The notes beneath the pieces were generated by a model. That model was not told the DNA's origin, ran no database searches, and worked only from the letters and a program-made list of their open reading frames with translations. DNA of 64,000 nt from Alistipes senegalensis (lineage in GTDB: Bacteria > Bacteroidota > Bacteroidia > Bacteroidales > Rikenellaceae): NCBI GenBank assembly GCA_023664045.1, contig JAMPGH010000001.1, forward strand, positions 717,693 to 781,692, given 5' to 3'. Position 1 is the first letter of the stretch; every line of letters begins with the position of its first letter. Made by a program: the position numbers and the translations under genes. Positions 45,164 through 58,985 of the stretch are shown one piece after another.

Positions 45164-47320
45164 TTACTCTTCGTCGGTGTCGGTATAGGCTTTGAGCAGC
45201 TTCTCCTGCACGTCGGCGGGCACCTGCTCGTACGAAGAGAACTTCATGGTATAGGTTGCCGACCCGGAGGTGAGCGACGAGAGCGCGGTGGAGTAGCGGT
45301 AGAGTTCGGCCAGCGGCACGGTCGCCGTGAGGCGATCGAATCCCTTGTCGGACTCCATGCCGGCGATCATGGCGCGGCGGTTCTGCAGGTCGCTCATCAC
45401 GGCGCCCATGTAGTCGCTCGGCACCAGTACTTCGACGCTGTAGATCGGCTCCATGATTTTGGGTCCGGCGTTGCGGAACGCCTCCTTGAAGGCGTTGCGG
45501 GCCGCCAGCTTGAACGAGATCTCGTTCGAATCGACGGGGTGCATCTTACCGTCGTAGACCACCACGCGGATGTCGCGGGCGTAGGAGCCGGTCAGCGGGC
45601 CCTCGTCCATCTTCTCCATGATACCCTTGAGAATGGCCGGCATGAAGCGCGCATCGATGGCGCCGCCCACGATCGCCGAGTAGAACTGCAGCTTGCCGCC
45701 CCACGGCAGGTCGTACTCCTCTTTGGTCTTGACGTTGACGACCATGTCGCCCTTGCCCGGAACCTTGTAGTTCTTGGGTTCGGGCATGCCTTCGTAGTAG
45801 GGTTCGACGATCATGTGGACCTCGCCGAACTGTCCGGCACCGCCCGACTGTTTTTTGTGGCGGTAGTCGGCCTGCGCCACTTTGGTGATGGTCTCGCGGT
45901 AGGGAATCTTCGGGGCGATGTACTCGTAGTCGAGTTTGTTTTCCGCGAGGATGCGCGAGCGCAGGATGTTGAGGTGGTGTTCGCCCTGTCCCTGAATGAT
46001 GGTCTGCTTGAGTTCTTTGGAGTAGTCGACCAGAATCGTCGGATCCTCGAATTTCGCGTCGTTCAGAATCTTGCCCAACTTCTCCTCGTCGCCCTGATCC
46101 TTGCACTTGAGAGCGGCGCGGTAGCGCGGCTCGGGGAAGAGAATGGGCTCGACCGAAATCGGAGCTGCCGCGGCGGCGAGCGTGTCGTTCGTGCGCGTGC
46201 CTTTGAGCTTGACCGTGCAACCGATGTCGCCGGCCGAGAGCTCCGTTACCTTGATGCGGTTTTTGCCGGCCACGGCGAAGAGCTGCGAGAGCTTCTCCTT
46301 GTTGCCCGTGCGGGTGTTCACCAGCTCGGTGCCCTCCGTGATCTTGCCGCGGACGACGCGGAAGTAGGTGATTTCGCCGATGTGCTGCTCGATCTGGCTC
46401 TTGAAGACGAACGCCACGGTCGGCGCTTCGGCGTCGGCCATGATCTCCTCGCCCTCGGCGGAGAGGAACGCAGGTGCCTTGAGCGGTCCCGGCGCGACGT
46501 TGATGATGAACTCCATGAGGCGCTTGGTGCCGATGTCGCGCTTGCCGCTGGTGCAGAAGATCGGCATCACCTCGCGGCGCGAAACGCCGATCTTGAGCCC
46601 TGAACGGATGTCGTCCTGCGTGAGGGTGCCCTTGTCGAAGTAGAGCTCCATGAGGGCTTCGTCGTGCTCGGCAGCCATTTCTACGAGCTCCTTGTTGAGG
46701 GCCTGCGCCTTTTCCAGCTCCTCGGCCGGGATGTCGAGTTCTTCGCGGTGTCCGTCCGTATCCTTGAAGCGGTACATCTTCATCATCAGCACGTCGATGA
46801 AAGCGTCGAAGCCGGGACCCTGATTGACGGGGTACTGCACCAGCACGGGCTTCACGCGCGAAGCTGCGCGGATCGACTCGACGGCCGCCTCGAAGTTGGC
46901 CTTGTCGTGGTCGAGCTGGTTGATGACGCCGATGACGGGCTTTTTGAGGATGCGCGCATAGCGGGCCTGAATCTCGCTGCCTACCTCCCAGCCGTTGACG
47001 GCGCTGTAGAGAAAGACGCCCACGTCGCCGACCTTGAATGCCGAGAAGAGGTTGCCGCAGAAGTCGTCCGATCCCGGGCAGTCGATGATGTTGAGCTTGC
47101 GGTCCATGAACTCCGTGAAGAGGATCGTGGAGTAGATCGAACGTTTGTATTCGTGTTCGATGTCGGTGTTGTCCGAGAGGGTGTTGTTCGTTTCGATCGA
47201 GCCGCGGCGGTCGATGACCTTTCCTTCGAAGGCCATCGCTTCGGCCAGGGTGGTTTTGCCCGTACCCGGAGCGCCGATCAGAACGATGTTCTTGATCTCT
47301 TTGGCTGCATAGTTTTTCAT
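45164..47320 (-). CDS. fusA2: Elongation factor G paralog (EF-G2)
   Basis: GAPGTGKTTL, DCPGSDDF, YRETI, HKKQSGGAGQFGEV, HPVDS; domain IV insertion. Confidence 0.92.
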   Translation of the reverse strand: MKNYAAKEIKNIVLIGAPGTGKTTLAEAMAFEGKVIDRRGSIETNNTLSDNTDIEHEYKRSIYSTILFTEFMDRKLNIIDCPGSDDFCGNLFSAFKVGDVGVFLYSAVNGWEVGSEIQARYARILKKPVIGVINQLDHDKANFEAAVESIRAASRVKPVLVQYPVNQGPGFDAFIDVLMMKMYRFKDTDGHREELDIPAEELEKAQALNKELVEMAAEHDEALMELYFDKGTLTQDDIRSGLKIGVSRREVMPIFCTSGKRDIGTKRLMEFIINVAPGPLKAPAFLSAEGEEIMADAEAPTVAFVFKSQIEQHIGEITYFRVVRGKITEGTELVNTRTGNKEKLSQLFAVAGKNRIKVTELSAGDIGCTVKLKGTRTNDTLAAAAAPISVEPILFPEPRYRAALKCKDQGDEEKLGKILNDAKFEDPTILVDYSKELKQTIIQGQGEHHLNILRSRILAENKLDYEYIAPKIPYRETITKVAQADYRHKKQSGGAGQFGEVHMIVEPYYEGMPEPKNYKVPGKGDMVVNVKTKEEYDLPWGGKLQFYSAIVGGAIDARFMPAILKGIMEKMDEGPLTGSYARDIRVVVYDGKMHPVDSNEISFKLAARNAFKEAFRNAGPKIMEPIYSVEVLVPSDYMGAVMSDLQNRRAMIAGMESDKGFDRLTATVPLAELYRYSTALSSLTSGSATYTMKFSSYEQVPADVQEKLLKAYTDTDEE

Positions 47321-47443
47321 ATGGCGATAGTTTTAAGGTTTTGCGGTTTGCCGAGTGTGAATATACGGAAAAAAACGACAAAAACAAAAAAATCGCCTCC
47401 GAAGAAGCGATTCTTGTCCGATGCGGCCTACGTCGAAGCCGGC

Positions 47444-48835
47444 TTATTTCCCGACGACGGCTTCGAGCTCGTCGACGGTGATGGGGATTTTGCGGTCGCC
47501 GATCAGGCGGCAGCCGCTGCGGGTAACGAGCAGGTCGTCCTCGATGCGGATGCCGCCGAAGTCGCGGTAGGCATCGAGCGCCCGATAGTCGATGATGCCC
47601 TTGTAGAGCCCCTCGGCGCGGCATTTGTCGATCAGCGCGGGAATGAAGTAGATGCCCGGCTCGTCGGACATGACCGTGCCGGTGCGCAGCCGCCATGCGG
47701 CGCGGTAGATGCAGGTACCCGAGGCGGCGGCCCGGCCGGCGATCTCCGAGAAGTCGAACGAGCGTTCGCCGAAGGCTTCGCAGTCGTGGACGTCCATGCC
47801 GATGCCGTGGCCCAGTCCGTGGGGCATGAAGAGCGTCATGGCGCCCGAAGCGACGGCGTCGGCGGCCGAACCCTTGACCAGTCCTGCGCCGATCAGACCC
47901 TCGGCCAACGTGAGGTAGGCGGCGGTGTGGACGTCGGAATACATCATGTCGGGCTTGACGATCTCGGCCACGCGGTCGTGTGCGGCGAGGACGATTTCGT
48001 AGATCTCCCGCTGCTTGGAGGTGAACTTCCCGCTGACGGGGTAGGTGCGCGTATGGTCGGAGCAGTAGTTGTCGACGCTCTCGCCGCCGGCGTCGACCAG
48101 CAGCAGGCGTCCCTCCTTCAGTACGCCGTCGGCGCAGACGTTGTGGAGCGTTTCGCCGTGCTGCGAAACGATCGACGGAAACGAGACGCCCGAGCCGAAC
48201 GATTTGCTGATGCCCTCGATGGCGCCGGCGATTTCGCGCTCGACGATGCCCGGACGGCACATCTTCATGGCCAGCGTGTGCATTTTGTATCCGATATGGA
48301 AAGCGCGTTCCAGCTCCTCGATCTCCTCGGCGCTCTTGACCTCGCGCATCTCCGCGACGGCCAGCATCAGATCGACCGACTTGCGGGTATGCAGCATGGC
48401 GGGCGCGATGCCCAGAAGCTCTGAAAGCTGCAGCTTCGTTTCGCCCCGATAGGGCGGCAGGTAGTGGATTCGCCGACCCAGCGCGAGGGCCGTGCGCAGC
48501 CGCTTTTCCAGCTCGGACATCGGGAACGTGTCGGCGATGCCGACTTGTGCGCCGAGTTCGCGCAGCGTGGGCTGCGGACCCATCCAGATGATATCCTCGA
48601 CGGTGAAGTCGTCGCCGAAAAGCATCTCTTCGCCCGTGTCGGCGTCGATCAGACCCGCCAGCGAGGGGATGTTCAGTCCGAAGTAGTAGAGGAACGTCGA
48701 ATCCTGACGATAATAGTAGGCGTTATTGGGATAGTTGTTGGGCGACTGCATGTTGCCCGGCAGCAGGATCAGACCCCCGCCGATCTTCGTACGCAGCGTG
48801 GCGCGGCGTGCGGCATAGGTGTTCGCTGAAAACAT
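47444..48835 (-). CDS. pepP: Xaa-Pro aminopeptidase (M24B)
   Basis: RQDSTFLYYFG, TLH, DAG, SDHTRT, PHGLGHGIGMDVHD, EPGIYF, GIRIEDD. Confidence 0.93.
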   Translation of the reverse strand: MFSANTYAARRATLRTKIGGGLILLPGNMQSPNNYPNNAYYYRQDSTFLYYFGLNIPSLAGLIDADTGEEMLFGDDFTVEDIIWMGPQPTLRELGAQVGIADTFPMSELEKRLRTALALGRRIHYLPPYRGETKLQLSELLGIAPAMLHTRKSVDLMLAVAEMREVKSAEEIEELERAFHIGYKMHTLAMKMCRPGIVEREIAGAIEGISKSFGSGVSFPSIVSQHGETLHNVCADGVLKEGRLLLVDAGGESVDNYCSDHTRTYPVSGKFTSKQREIYEIVLAAHDRVAEIVKPDMMYSDVHTAAYLTLAEGLIGAGLVKGSAADAVASGAMTLFMPHGLGHGIGMDVHDCEAFGERSFDFSEIAGRAAASGTCIYRAAWRLRTGTVMSDEPGIYFIPALIDKCRAEGLYKGIIDYRALDAYRDFGGIRIEDDLLVTRSGCRLIGDRKIPITVDELEAVVGK

Positions 48836-48857
48836 GGCGATATGGTTTAGGTGTTGA

Positions 48858-49724
48858 TTATCGTTCGCTGAGCCAGTCGAGCAGGGCGGTCTGCCAGCAC
48901 TCCCGGTAGGGGAAGCCTTCGCGGATGCCCCAGCCATGCTCGCCCGAAGGGTAGATGTGCATCGACGCCTCGACGCCGTGTTCTTTGAGCGCAATGTAGT
49001 AGCGTGCGGCGTTGACCGGCGGAACTGCCCCGTCGTCGTCCGAGAGGAAGAGCAGCGTAGGCGGCGTTTGGGCCGTTACGCGGTTTTCGAGCGAATAGCG
49101 TGCCCCGAGTTCGGCATCGCGGTCCCGGCCCAGCAGGTTGTCGAACGAACCCTCGTGCGCCAGTCCTTTCTCGGCCGTAATGACCGGATAGAAGAGTACG
49201 GCGAACGCCGGTTTGGTTGCGGCCATCGTGGAGACCATCGCCGCGAGGTGTCCGCCGGCCGAGAAGCCCATGATGCCGACCTTGTCGGCGGTGTAGCCTG
49301 TTGCTCCGGCTTCGAGTCCGCACATGATGCGGAGGGCCTGTTCGGCATCCTCCAACGGTACTTCGGGATGCCCGACAGGCATGCGGTATTTGACGACGGC
49401 GGCCGTGATGCCGTTGGCGGCCAGCCATCGGGCGACGTCGTAGCCCTCGTGGTTCATCGCCAGCCGTTCGTACCCGCCGCCGGGGCAGATCACGACGGCC
49501 AGTCCGGTGTTCTTCGTCGGCTCGGCCGGGAAGAGGTAGAGTTCCGCTTCCGAGACGTTGCCGATGCGGCCGGGGGCCGGTGCGGTCTCGGGTGCCGCGA
49601 GCCCGTTGGAGTGGGGTGCCGTGGCGTTGTCCCAGATTTTCAGGGCCAGGAACTCCCCGCATTCGGGGGTGCGGGCGGCGAGCGGACCGGTCATGAGGAG
49701 CAGCAGAAAGAGCAATTGTTTCAT
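48858..49724 (-). CDS. Exported alpha/beta hydrolase (carbohydrate-esterase-like)
   Basis: ICPGGGY, GFSAGGHL, DD.AV, GEHGWG; signal peptide. Confidence 0.88.
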   Translation of the reverse strand: MKQLLFLLLLMTGPLAARTPECGEFLALKIWDNATAPHSNGLAAPETAPAPGRIGNVSEAELYLFPAEPTKNTGLAVVICPGGGYERLAMNHEGYDVARWLAANGITAAVVKYRMPVGHPEVPLEDAEQALRIMCGLEAGATGYTADKVGIMGFSAGGHLAAMVSTMAATKPAFAVLFYPVITAEKGLAHEGSFDNLLGRDRDAELGARYSLENRVTAQTPPTLLFLSDDDGAVPPVNAARYYIALKEHGVEASMHIYPSGEHGWGIREGFPYRECWQTALLDWLSER

Positions 49725-49726
49725 AA

Positions 49727-52483
<2,757 letters not shown>

Positions 52484-52593
52484 AGATGTCTGTCGTTTTC
52501 AGCGGAAATTTCTTGCGAAGATACGGAAAAAGTTCGGGAATATGAGGTATTCCCGCAATGAAAAATTAAAAATAGGGTGGGAGGAACAGGCTC

Positions 52594-53634
52594 CTAATTT
52601 TTCGATTCTTCCTTGCCGGATTTGCCCGGAACGGTGCGGATCGAGCCGTCGGCCTCGTGGACGAGCTCGCAAAATTTGGCGGAGCGGAGCGACGAGACGC
52701 CGCCCGAGGGGACGGAGTCGTGGAAGAAGAGGTACCACCGGCCGTCGAAGAAGCAGATCGACTGGTGGGTCGTCCACCCGACGACAGGCGTGAGGAGGAC
52801 GCCCCGGTAGGTGAAGGGTCCGTAGGGGTTGTCGCCCGTGGCGTAGCAAATCTCGTGGCCCGAGCCGGTGGAGTAGGAGAAGTAGTAGGTGCCGTCGTGC
52901 TTGTGCATCCATGCCGCCTCGAAAAAACGGTGCGGGTCGTCGGCTCTCAGGGGCTTCCCGTCTGTGTCGAGGAGAAGGACCGGACGGCTCTTCTCGGCCA
53001 GTGCGTGCATGTCGTCCGAGAGGCGGGCGACGCGGGCGGAGAGAGCCGGTTCGCCGGATTCGGGCAGGCGCTCTTTTTCGAGCGGGCGGTTGCTGTCGTA
53101 GCGCTGCAGCTGTCCGCCCTGCAGTCCGCCGAAGTAGAGGTAGAACTTGCCGTCGTCCTCGAAGACGGCGGGATCGATGCTGTAAGTGCCGGAGATGGGA
53201 TGGGGATCGGCTGCGAAGGGACCCTCCGGACGATCGGAGACGGCCACGCCGATGCGGAACGTGCCTTCGCGATCCTTAGCGGGAAAGTAGAGGTAGTAGC
53301 GGCGGTTCTTGTATGCGACGTCGCAGGCCCAAAGCTGGCGCGAAGCCCACGGCACCTGCTCCAAAACGAGGATGGAGTCGGTGCGCACGACTTCGCCGCT
53401 GCGGGGATCGACGCGGAAATGGCTGTACTCGCGCATGTCGTAGTGGTTGCCGTCGCTGCGATCGGTAACGGGTGAGGGCCAGTCGCGGGTGCAGTAGACA
53501 TGGATTTTACCCTCGAATACGTGGGCGGCCGGGTCGGCGGCGTAGTCGGCGGTGTCGAGATATTGCGGCGATGAGTTCTGCGCCGCCGCGAAAGCGGGCA
53601 GAAAAAGCAGGATAAGATGTCGGAATGTTTTCAT
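52594..53634 (-). CDS. GH43 beta-xylosidase / alpha-arabinofuranosidase (GH43_1-like)
   Basis: ADPAAHVF, QLWACD, YSIDPAVF, GGQLQ, RFFEA, GWTTHQSI. Confidence 0.9.
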   Translation of the reverse strand: MKTFRHLILLFLPAFAAAQNSSPQYLDTADYAADPAAHVFEGKIHVYCTRDWPSPVTDRSDGNHYDMREYSHFRVDPRSGEVVRTDSILVLEQVPWASRQLWACDVAYKNRRYYLYFPAKDREGTFRIGVAVSDRPEGPFAADPHPISGTYSIDPAVFEDDGKFYLYFGGLQGGQLQRYDSNRPLEKERLPESGEPALSARVARLSDDMHALAEKSRPVLLLDTDGKPLRADDPHRFFEAAWMHKHDGTYYFSYSTGSGHEICYATGDNPYGPFTYRGVLLTPVVGWTTHQSICFFDGRWYLFFHDSVPSGGVSSLRSAKFCELVHEADGSIRTVPGKSGKEESKN

Positions 53635-53848
53635 GGAAACAAAGATAACGCAGATGGATCGTAAAAGCAAAGGCGGCGACCGGTTCCGGATGATAATGAA
53701 CTGTTTGATAGCGACATGCAGATTTATTCATAATTCAAAGTTATTTTATTTTCAAAACGATAAATAAAAAGAATTGCAAAATATGCCGGATTCCGGAAAA
53801 TCGGGAGTAAAAAGAGGTCCCTATATATTGTATTTCAAAAAAAATACG

Positions 53849-53856
53849 TACCTTTG
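53849..53856 (+). promoter_or_regulatory. str operon -7 element (TACCTTTG)
   Basis: TAnnTTTG in the AT-rich region 58 nt before rpsL. Confidence 0.75.
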
Positions 53857-53914
53857 CAATCCATTTTGGACAATGGAGATAGAATTTTTAACAACTTAAA
53901 GGACAGTTTAAGAA

Positions 53915-54298
53915 ATGCCAACTATTCAACAGTTAGTGAGAAACGGCCGTACTGCGCTGGAGGACAAGTCGAAGTCTCCCGCATTGGCCGCGTGTCCCCA
54001 GCGCCGCGGCGTGTGTACCCGTGTGTACACCACGACCCCGAAGAAGCCTAACTCGGCTATGCGCAAGGTGGCGCGTGTTCGTCTGACCAACGGCAAGGAG
54101 GTCAATGCCTACATCCCCGGCGAGGGCCACAACCTGCAGGAGCACTCCATCGTGCTGGTTCGCGGCGGTCGTGTGAAGGACCTCCCCGGCGTTCGTTACC
54201 ACCTCGTGCGCGGCGCGCTCGACTCGGCCGGCGTGGACGGTCGTCGCCAGCGTCGTTCGAAGTACGGTGCCAAGCGACCCAAACCCGCAAGCAAGTAA
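53915..54298 (+). CDS. rpsL: 30S ribosomal protein S12
   Basis: [26 protein letters not shown]. Confidence 0.99.
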   Translation: MPTIQQLVRNGRTALEDKSKSPALAACPQRRGVCTRVYTTTPKKPNSAMRKVARVRLTNGKEVNAYIPGEGHNLQEHSIVLVRGGRVKDLPGVRYHLVRGALDSAGVDGRRQRRSKYGAKRPKPASK

Positions 54299-54384
54299 TC
54301 GTCAGAGGAAACAACCTATTCGAGAAGTTCCCGCCCGATTGACGGCGGAAACGACACAAGGAAACACAACAACAGAAAATAGCA

Positions 54385-54861
54385 ATGAGAAAAGCTAAGC
54401 CAAAAAAGCGAATTCTACTTCCGGATCCGAAGTTCGGCGACGTGGCAGTAACCCGTTTCGTGAACAACCTCATGCTGGATGGTAAGAAGAGTATTGCCTA
54501 CACCATTTTTTACGATGCACTGGAGCTCGTAGGCAAGAAGATGAAGGATGCTGATAAATCTCCGTTGGAAATCTGGAAACAGGCTCTGGAGAACATCACG
54601 CCCCAAGTCGAAGTGAAATCGAAGCGTATCGGTGGCGCGACGTTCCAGGTTCCTATGGAGGTTCGTCCGGAGCGCAAGATTTCTATTTCCATGAAAAACC
54701 TTGTCCTCTTTTCCCGCAAGCGCGCCGGCAAGACGATGGCAGAGAAGCTTTCCGCCGAGATAGTGGATGCTTACAACCAGCAGGGCGCCGCCTTCAAACG
54801 CAAGGAGGAGATGCACCGCATGGCCGAGGCCAACAAGGCATTCGCACATTTCAGATTCTAA
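54385..54861 (+). CDS. rpsG: 30S ribosomal protein S7
   Basis: [27 protein letters not shown]. Confidence 0.99.
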   Translation: MRKAKPKKRILLPDPKFGDVAVTRFVNNLMLDGKKSIAYTIFYDALELVGKKMKDADKSPLEIWKQALENITPQVEVKSKRIGGATFQVPMEVRPERKISISMKNLVLFSRKRAGKTMAEKLSAEIVDAYNQQGAAFKRKEEMHRMAEANKAFAHFRF

Positions 54862-54876
54862 AAAGGAGACCCGAAG

Positions 54877-56991
54877 ATGGCAACCAGAGATTTACATTAC
54901 ACTCGTAACATCGGCATCATGGCCCACATCGATGCCGGTAAGACCACGACGTCGGAGCGTATCCTTTTTTACACGGGTAAAACCCACAAGATCGGCGAGG
55001 TGCACGAGGGCGGCGCGACGATGGACTGGATGGTTCAGGAGCAGGAGCGCGGCATCACGATCACCTCGGCGGCTACCACCGCATTCTGGCACTACAAGGA
55101 CAAACAGTATCAGATCAACCTGATCGACACCCCGGGACACGTCGACTTCACCGTCGAGGTGGAGCGTTCGCTGCGCGTGCTGGACGGTGCGATCGCCACG
55201 TTCTGCGCCGTAGGCGGTGTCGAGCCCCAGTCGGAGACCGTATGGCGTCAGGCCGACAAATACAACGTGCCCCGTATCGGTTACGTCAACAAGATGGACC
55301 GCACGGGCGCCGATTTCCTCGCCGTCTGCGCGCAGATCAAGGAGCACTTCGGTGCGACGGCTCTGCCCGTCGTGCTGCCGATCGGCGCCGAAGACAAATT
55401 CGAAGGACTGGTAGACCTTATATATAATAATGCGATCTACTACTTCGACGACAAGACCGTCCGCGACAACTTCGAGCTGAAGGAGATTCCCGATTCGATG
55501 AAGGCCGAGGCCGCCGAATGGCGTGCGAAGCTCATTGAGGAGGTGGCTTCGACGGACGAGGCGCTCATGGAGAAGTTCTTCGAGGATCCCGATTCGATCA
55601 CTCCCGACGAGTTGCTCGCAGCGATCCGCACCGCGACGATCTCCATGCAGATCGTGCCGATGCTCTGCGGTTCGTCGTTCCACAACAAGGGCGTGCAGAA
55701 GCTGCTCGACTATGTGATCGCTTTCCTGCCCTCGCCGCTGGATGTGCCTGCCGTTACGGGTACGAATCCCAAGACGGAGAAGGAGGAGGAGCGCAAGGCT
55801 ACAGAGGAGGATCCGTTCTGCGGTCTGGCGTTCAAGATCGCGACCGACCCCTTCGTGGGCCGTCTGGCTTTCGTCCGCGTATACTCGGGCAAGCTCGACG
55901 CCGGATCCTACGTGCTCAACGCTCGCAGCGGCAAGCGCGAGCGCATCAGCCGCATCTACCAGATGCACGCCAACAAGCAGAATCCGTTGGAGACCGTCGG
56001 TGCCGGCGATATCTGCGCTGCCGTAGGTTTCAAGGAGATCCGCACGGGCGATACGCTCTGCGCCGAGAATGCACCTATCGTGCTGGAGCAGATGACCTTC
56101 CCCGAGCCGGTGATCGGTCTGGCCGTGGAGCCCAAGACGCAGAAGGACCTCGACAAGCTGGGCATCGCACTGGCGAAGCTGGCCGAAGAGGACCCCACTT
56201 TCACGGTACATACCGACGAGGATTCGGGTCAGACCGTCATCAGCGGTATGGGCGAGCTGCACCTCGACATCATCGTCGACCGTCTGCGCCGCGAATTCGG
56301 CGTGGAGATCAATCAGGGCGCTCCGCAGGTCAACTACAAGGAGGCTCTTACGACTACCGTGCAGCACCGCGAAGTCTTCAAGAAGCAGACCGGCGGCCGC
56401 GGTAAGTTCGCCGACATCATCTTCGAAATCGGTCCTGCCGAAGAGGGCAAGATGGGCCTTACGTTCGTCGACGAAGTCAAGGGCGGCAACATCCCGAAGG
56501 AGTTCATCCCCTCGGTTCAGAAAGGTTTCGAGTCGGCGATGGCCAACGGTGCGCTGGCCGGTTACCAGATGGACTCGATGAAGGTAACCCTGAAGGACGG
56601 TTCGTTCCACCCCGTCGACTCCGACCAGCTCTCGTTCGAGATCGCCGCCCGCAACGGTTATCGTGCCGCAGCTCCCAAAGCCGGCTCGGTCATCATGGAG
56701 CCGATCATGTCGGTGGAGGTCGTAACCCCCGAGGAGAACATGGGCGACATCATCGGCGACCTGAACAAGCGCCGCGGTCAGATCACCGGCATGGAGTCGA
56801 AAGGCACCGCCCGCGTGGTCAAGGCCAAAGTGCCCCTGTCGGAGATGTTCGGCTACGTAACCGTACTGCGTACGATCTCGTCGGGCCGCGCCACCTCGTC
56901 GATGGAGTTCTCGCACTTCGAGGAAGTTCCCGCCAACCTGGCCAAGGAGATCATCGAGAAAGCGAGTGGTAAACGTAAGGATATAGAATAA
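54877..56991 (+). CDS. fusA: Elongation factor G (canonical)
   Basis: [26 protein letters not shown]. Confidence 0.99.
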   Translation: MATRDLHYTRNIGIMAHIDAGKTTTSERILFYTGKTHKIGEVHEGGATMDWMVQEQERGITITSAATTAFWHYKDKQYQINLIDTPGHVDFTVEVERSLRVLDGAIATFCAVGGVEPQSETVWRQADKYNVPRIGYVNKMDRTGADFLAVCAQIKEHFGATALPVVLPIGAEDKFEGLVDLIYNNAIYYFDDKTVRDNFELKEIPDSMKAEAAEWRAKLIEEVASTDEALMEKFFEDPDSITPDELLAAIRTATISMQIVPMLCGSSFHNKGVQKLLDYVIAFLPSPLDVPAVTGTNPKTEKEEERKATEEDPFCGLAFKIATDPFVGRLAFVRVYSGKLDAGSYVLNARSGKRERISRIYQMHANKQNPLETVGAGDICAAVGFKEIRTGDTLCAENAPIVLEQMTFPEPVIGLAVEPKTQKDLDKLGIALAKLAEEDPTFTVHTDEDSGQTVISGMGELHLDIIVDRLRREFGVEINQGAPQVNYKEALTTTVQHREVFKKQTGGRGKFADIIFEIGPAEEGKMGLTFVDEVKGGNIPKEFIPSVQKGFESAMANGALAGYQMDSMKVTLKDGSFHPVDSDQLSFEIAARNGYRAAAPKAGSVIMEPIMSVEVVTPEENMGDIIGDLNKRRGQITGMESKGTARVVKAKVPLSEMFGYVTVLRTISSGRATSSMEFSHFEEVPANLAKEIIEKASGKRKDIE

Positions 56992-56998
56992 GAAAGAT

Positions 56999-57304
56999 AT
57001 GAGCCAGAAAATTAGAATCAAACTGAAGTCATTCGACCACAATCTCGTGGACAAGTCGGCCGAGAAGATTGTGAAGACCGTCAAGAGCACGGGCGCCGTC
57101 GTCAGCGGTCCTGTGCCCCTGCCCACCCACAAGCAGATTTTTACGGTGAACCGCTCGACTTTCGTCAACAAGAAAGCCCGCGAGCAGTTCCAGCTCTGCA
57201 CTTTCAAACGCATTCTGGACATCTACTCGTCGACGCCCAAGACCATCGACGCGCTGATGAAACTGGAGCTTCCCTCGGGTGTCGAAGTAGAGATCAAGGT
57301 CTGA
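56999..57304 (+). CDS. rpsJ: 30S ribosomal protein S10
   Basis: [18 protein letters not shown]. Confidence 0.99.
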   Translation: MSQKIRIKLKSFDHNLVDKSAEKIVKTVKSTGAVVSGPVPLPTHKQIFTVNRSTFVNKKAREQFQLCTFKRILDIYSSTPKTIDALMKLELPSGVEVEIKV

Positions 57305-57432
57305 TTTCGCGGGCCGCGCTTCGTGCCGAAAGCCGGGGCGCTGCGCGAGCGGCGTCGCCGGCCCGGACACGAACGGCCCCTCAAAGGTATCGAGAAACAT
57401 CACTTTATTTATAACAAACAATTTGACAACAA

Positions 57433-58047
57433 ATGTCAGGACTTATTGGAAAGAAAATCGGAATGACTTCCGTTTACAGTGCCGAGGGTAAGAACATACC
57501 ATGCACTGTCATCGAGGCTGGTCCCTGTGTTGTTACGCAAATCAAAACCGTGGAGAAGGACTCCTACGAAGCGGTGCAGATTGCCTATGACGAGAAAAGT
57601 GAAAAGCACACCAGCAGCAGTTTGTTAGGACACTTCAAGAAAGCCGGCACGACCCCGAAACGCAAACTCGCGGAGTTCAAGGGCATGCCCGAAGTGAATC
57701 TGGGCGACACGCTCACCGTGGACCTCTTCTCGGAGGAGGACTGGGTGGATGTAACCGGGATCTCCAAAGGCAAGGGCTTTCAGGGCGTTGTGAAGCGTCA
57801 TGGCTTCGGCGGCGTCGGCGGTCAGACCCACGGTCAGCACAACCGTCAGCGCAAACCCGGTTCGCTGGGCGCATCGTCCTATCCTTCGCGCGTCTTCAAG
57901 GGCAAACGTCTGCCCGGCCAGATGGGCGGTGAGCAGGTCAAGGTTCTGAACCTGCGTGTATTGAAAGTGATTCCCGAGAGCAACCTCATCCTCGTGAAGG
58001 GTTCGATTCCGGGAGCCAAAGGTGCTTATTTAACAATAGAGAAGTAG
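57433..58047 (+). CDS. rplC: 50S ribosomal protein L3
   Basis: [20 protein letters not shown]. Confidence 0.99.
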   Translation: MSGLIGKKIGMTSVYSAEGKNIPCTVIEAGPCVVTQIKTVEKDSYEAVQIAYDEKSEKHTSSSLLGHFKKAGTTPKRKLAEFKGMPEVNLGDTLTVDLFSEEDWVDVTGISKGKGFQGVVKRHGFGGVGGQTHGQHNRQRKPGSLGASSYPSRVFKGKRLPGQMGGEQVKVLNLRVLKVIPESNLILVKGSIPGAKGAYLTIEK

Positions 58048-58049
58048 TC

Positions 58050-58676
58050 ATGGAATTAGCTGTTTTGAACACACAAGGAAAGGAAACGGGTCGTAAGGTA
58101 ACCCTTTCGGACGCCGTTTTCGGCGTGGAGGCTAATGACCACGCTATTTATCTCGACGTGAAGCAGTATCTGGCCGATCAGCGTCAGGGTACGCACAAGG
58201 CCAAGCAGCGCAACGAGGTTGCCGGTTCGACCCGCAAGCTCAAGCGTCAGAAAGGTACGGGCGGTGCGCGTGCGGGCAGCATCAAGTCGCCCCTCTTCCC
58301 GGGCGGCGGCCGCATCTTCGGTCCCGTGCCCCGCGACTACAGCTTCAAGCTCAACAAGAAGCTCAAGAAGCTCGCACGCCGCAGCGCTCTGACCTACAAG
58401 GCTCAGGCGAATGCCATCTGCGTGCTGGAAGCCGTGAAGCTGGATGCTCCGAAGACCAAAACGATGGTCGCCATCGCCGACGCACTCAAAGTATCGGACA
58501 AGAAAGTATTGCTGGTTCTGCCCGAAGGCAACGCCAACGTGCAGCTCTCGTGCCGCAACATCCCCAACGTACAGCCCGTGCTGGCGCAGAACGTCTGCAC
58601 CTACGACGTGATGAACGCGTCGGCCGTCGTACTGGTAGAGGGCGCTGAGAACGTACTCAACACTTTGTTAGCTTAA
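58050..58676 (+). CDS. rplD: 50S ribosomal protein L4
   Basis: [17 protein letters not shown]. Confidence 0.99.
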   Translation: MELAVLNTQGKETGRKVTLSDAVFGVEANDHAIYLDVKQYLADQRQGTHKAKQRNEVAGSTRKLKRQKGTGGARAGSIKSPLFPGGGRIFGPVPRDYSFKLNKKLKKLARRSALTYKAQANAICVLEAVKLDAPKTKTMVAIADALKVSDKKVLLVLPEGNANVQLSCRNIPNVQPVLAQNVCTYDVMNASAVVLVEGAENVLNTLLA

Positions 58677-58689
58677 AAAACGCAAGACA

Positions 58690-58980
58690 ATGGAAATTAT
58701 TATTAAGCCGGTTCTGACCGAGAAAATGACGATTCAGGGCGAAAAGTTGAATCGCTACGGTTTTATCGTTGACGTGCGGGCTAACAAACTGCAGATTCGC
58801 AATGCCGTAGAACAGATGTACAACGTCGTCGTAACGGATGTGAACACCGTCAATTACATGGGTAAACTCAAGAGCCGCTATACCAAAGCCGGGCTTCTGG
58901 AGGGTCGCGCCAACAACTTCAAGAAAGCGATCGTTACCTTGAAAGACGGAGACAAGATCGATTTTTACAGTAATATCTAA
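58690..58980 (+). CDS. rplW: 50S ribosomal protein L23
   Basis: KPVLTEK, ANKLQI, KKAIVTL. Confidence 0.99.
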   Translation: MEIIIKPVLTEKMTIQGEKLNRYGFIVDVRANKLQIRNAVEQMYNVVVTDVNTVNYMGKLKSRYTKAGLLEGRANNFKKAIVTLKDGDKIDFYSNI

Positions 58981-58985
58981 CGAAG

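Noticed and set aside
56991-56999. Missing tuf between fusA and rpsJ
   Set aside because: This is the normal gene order in Bacteroidota
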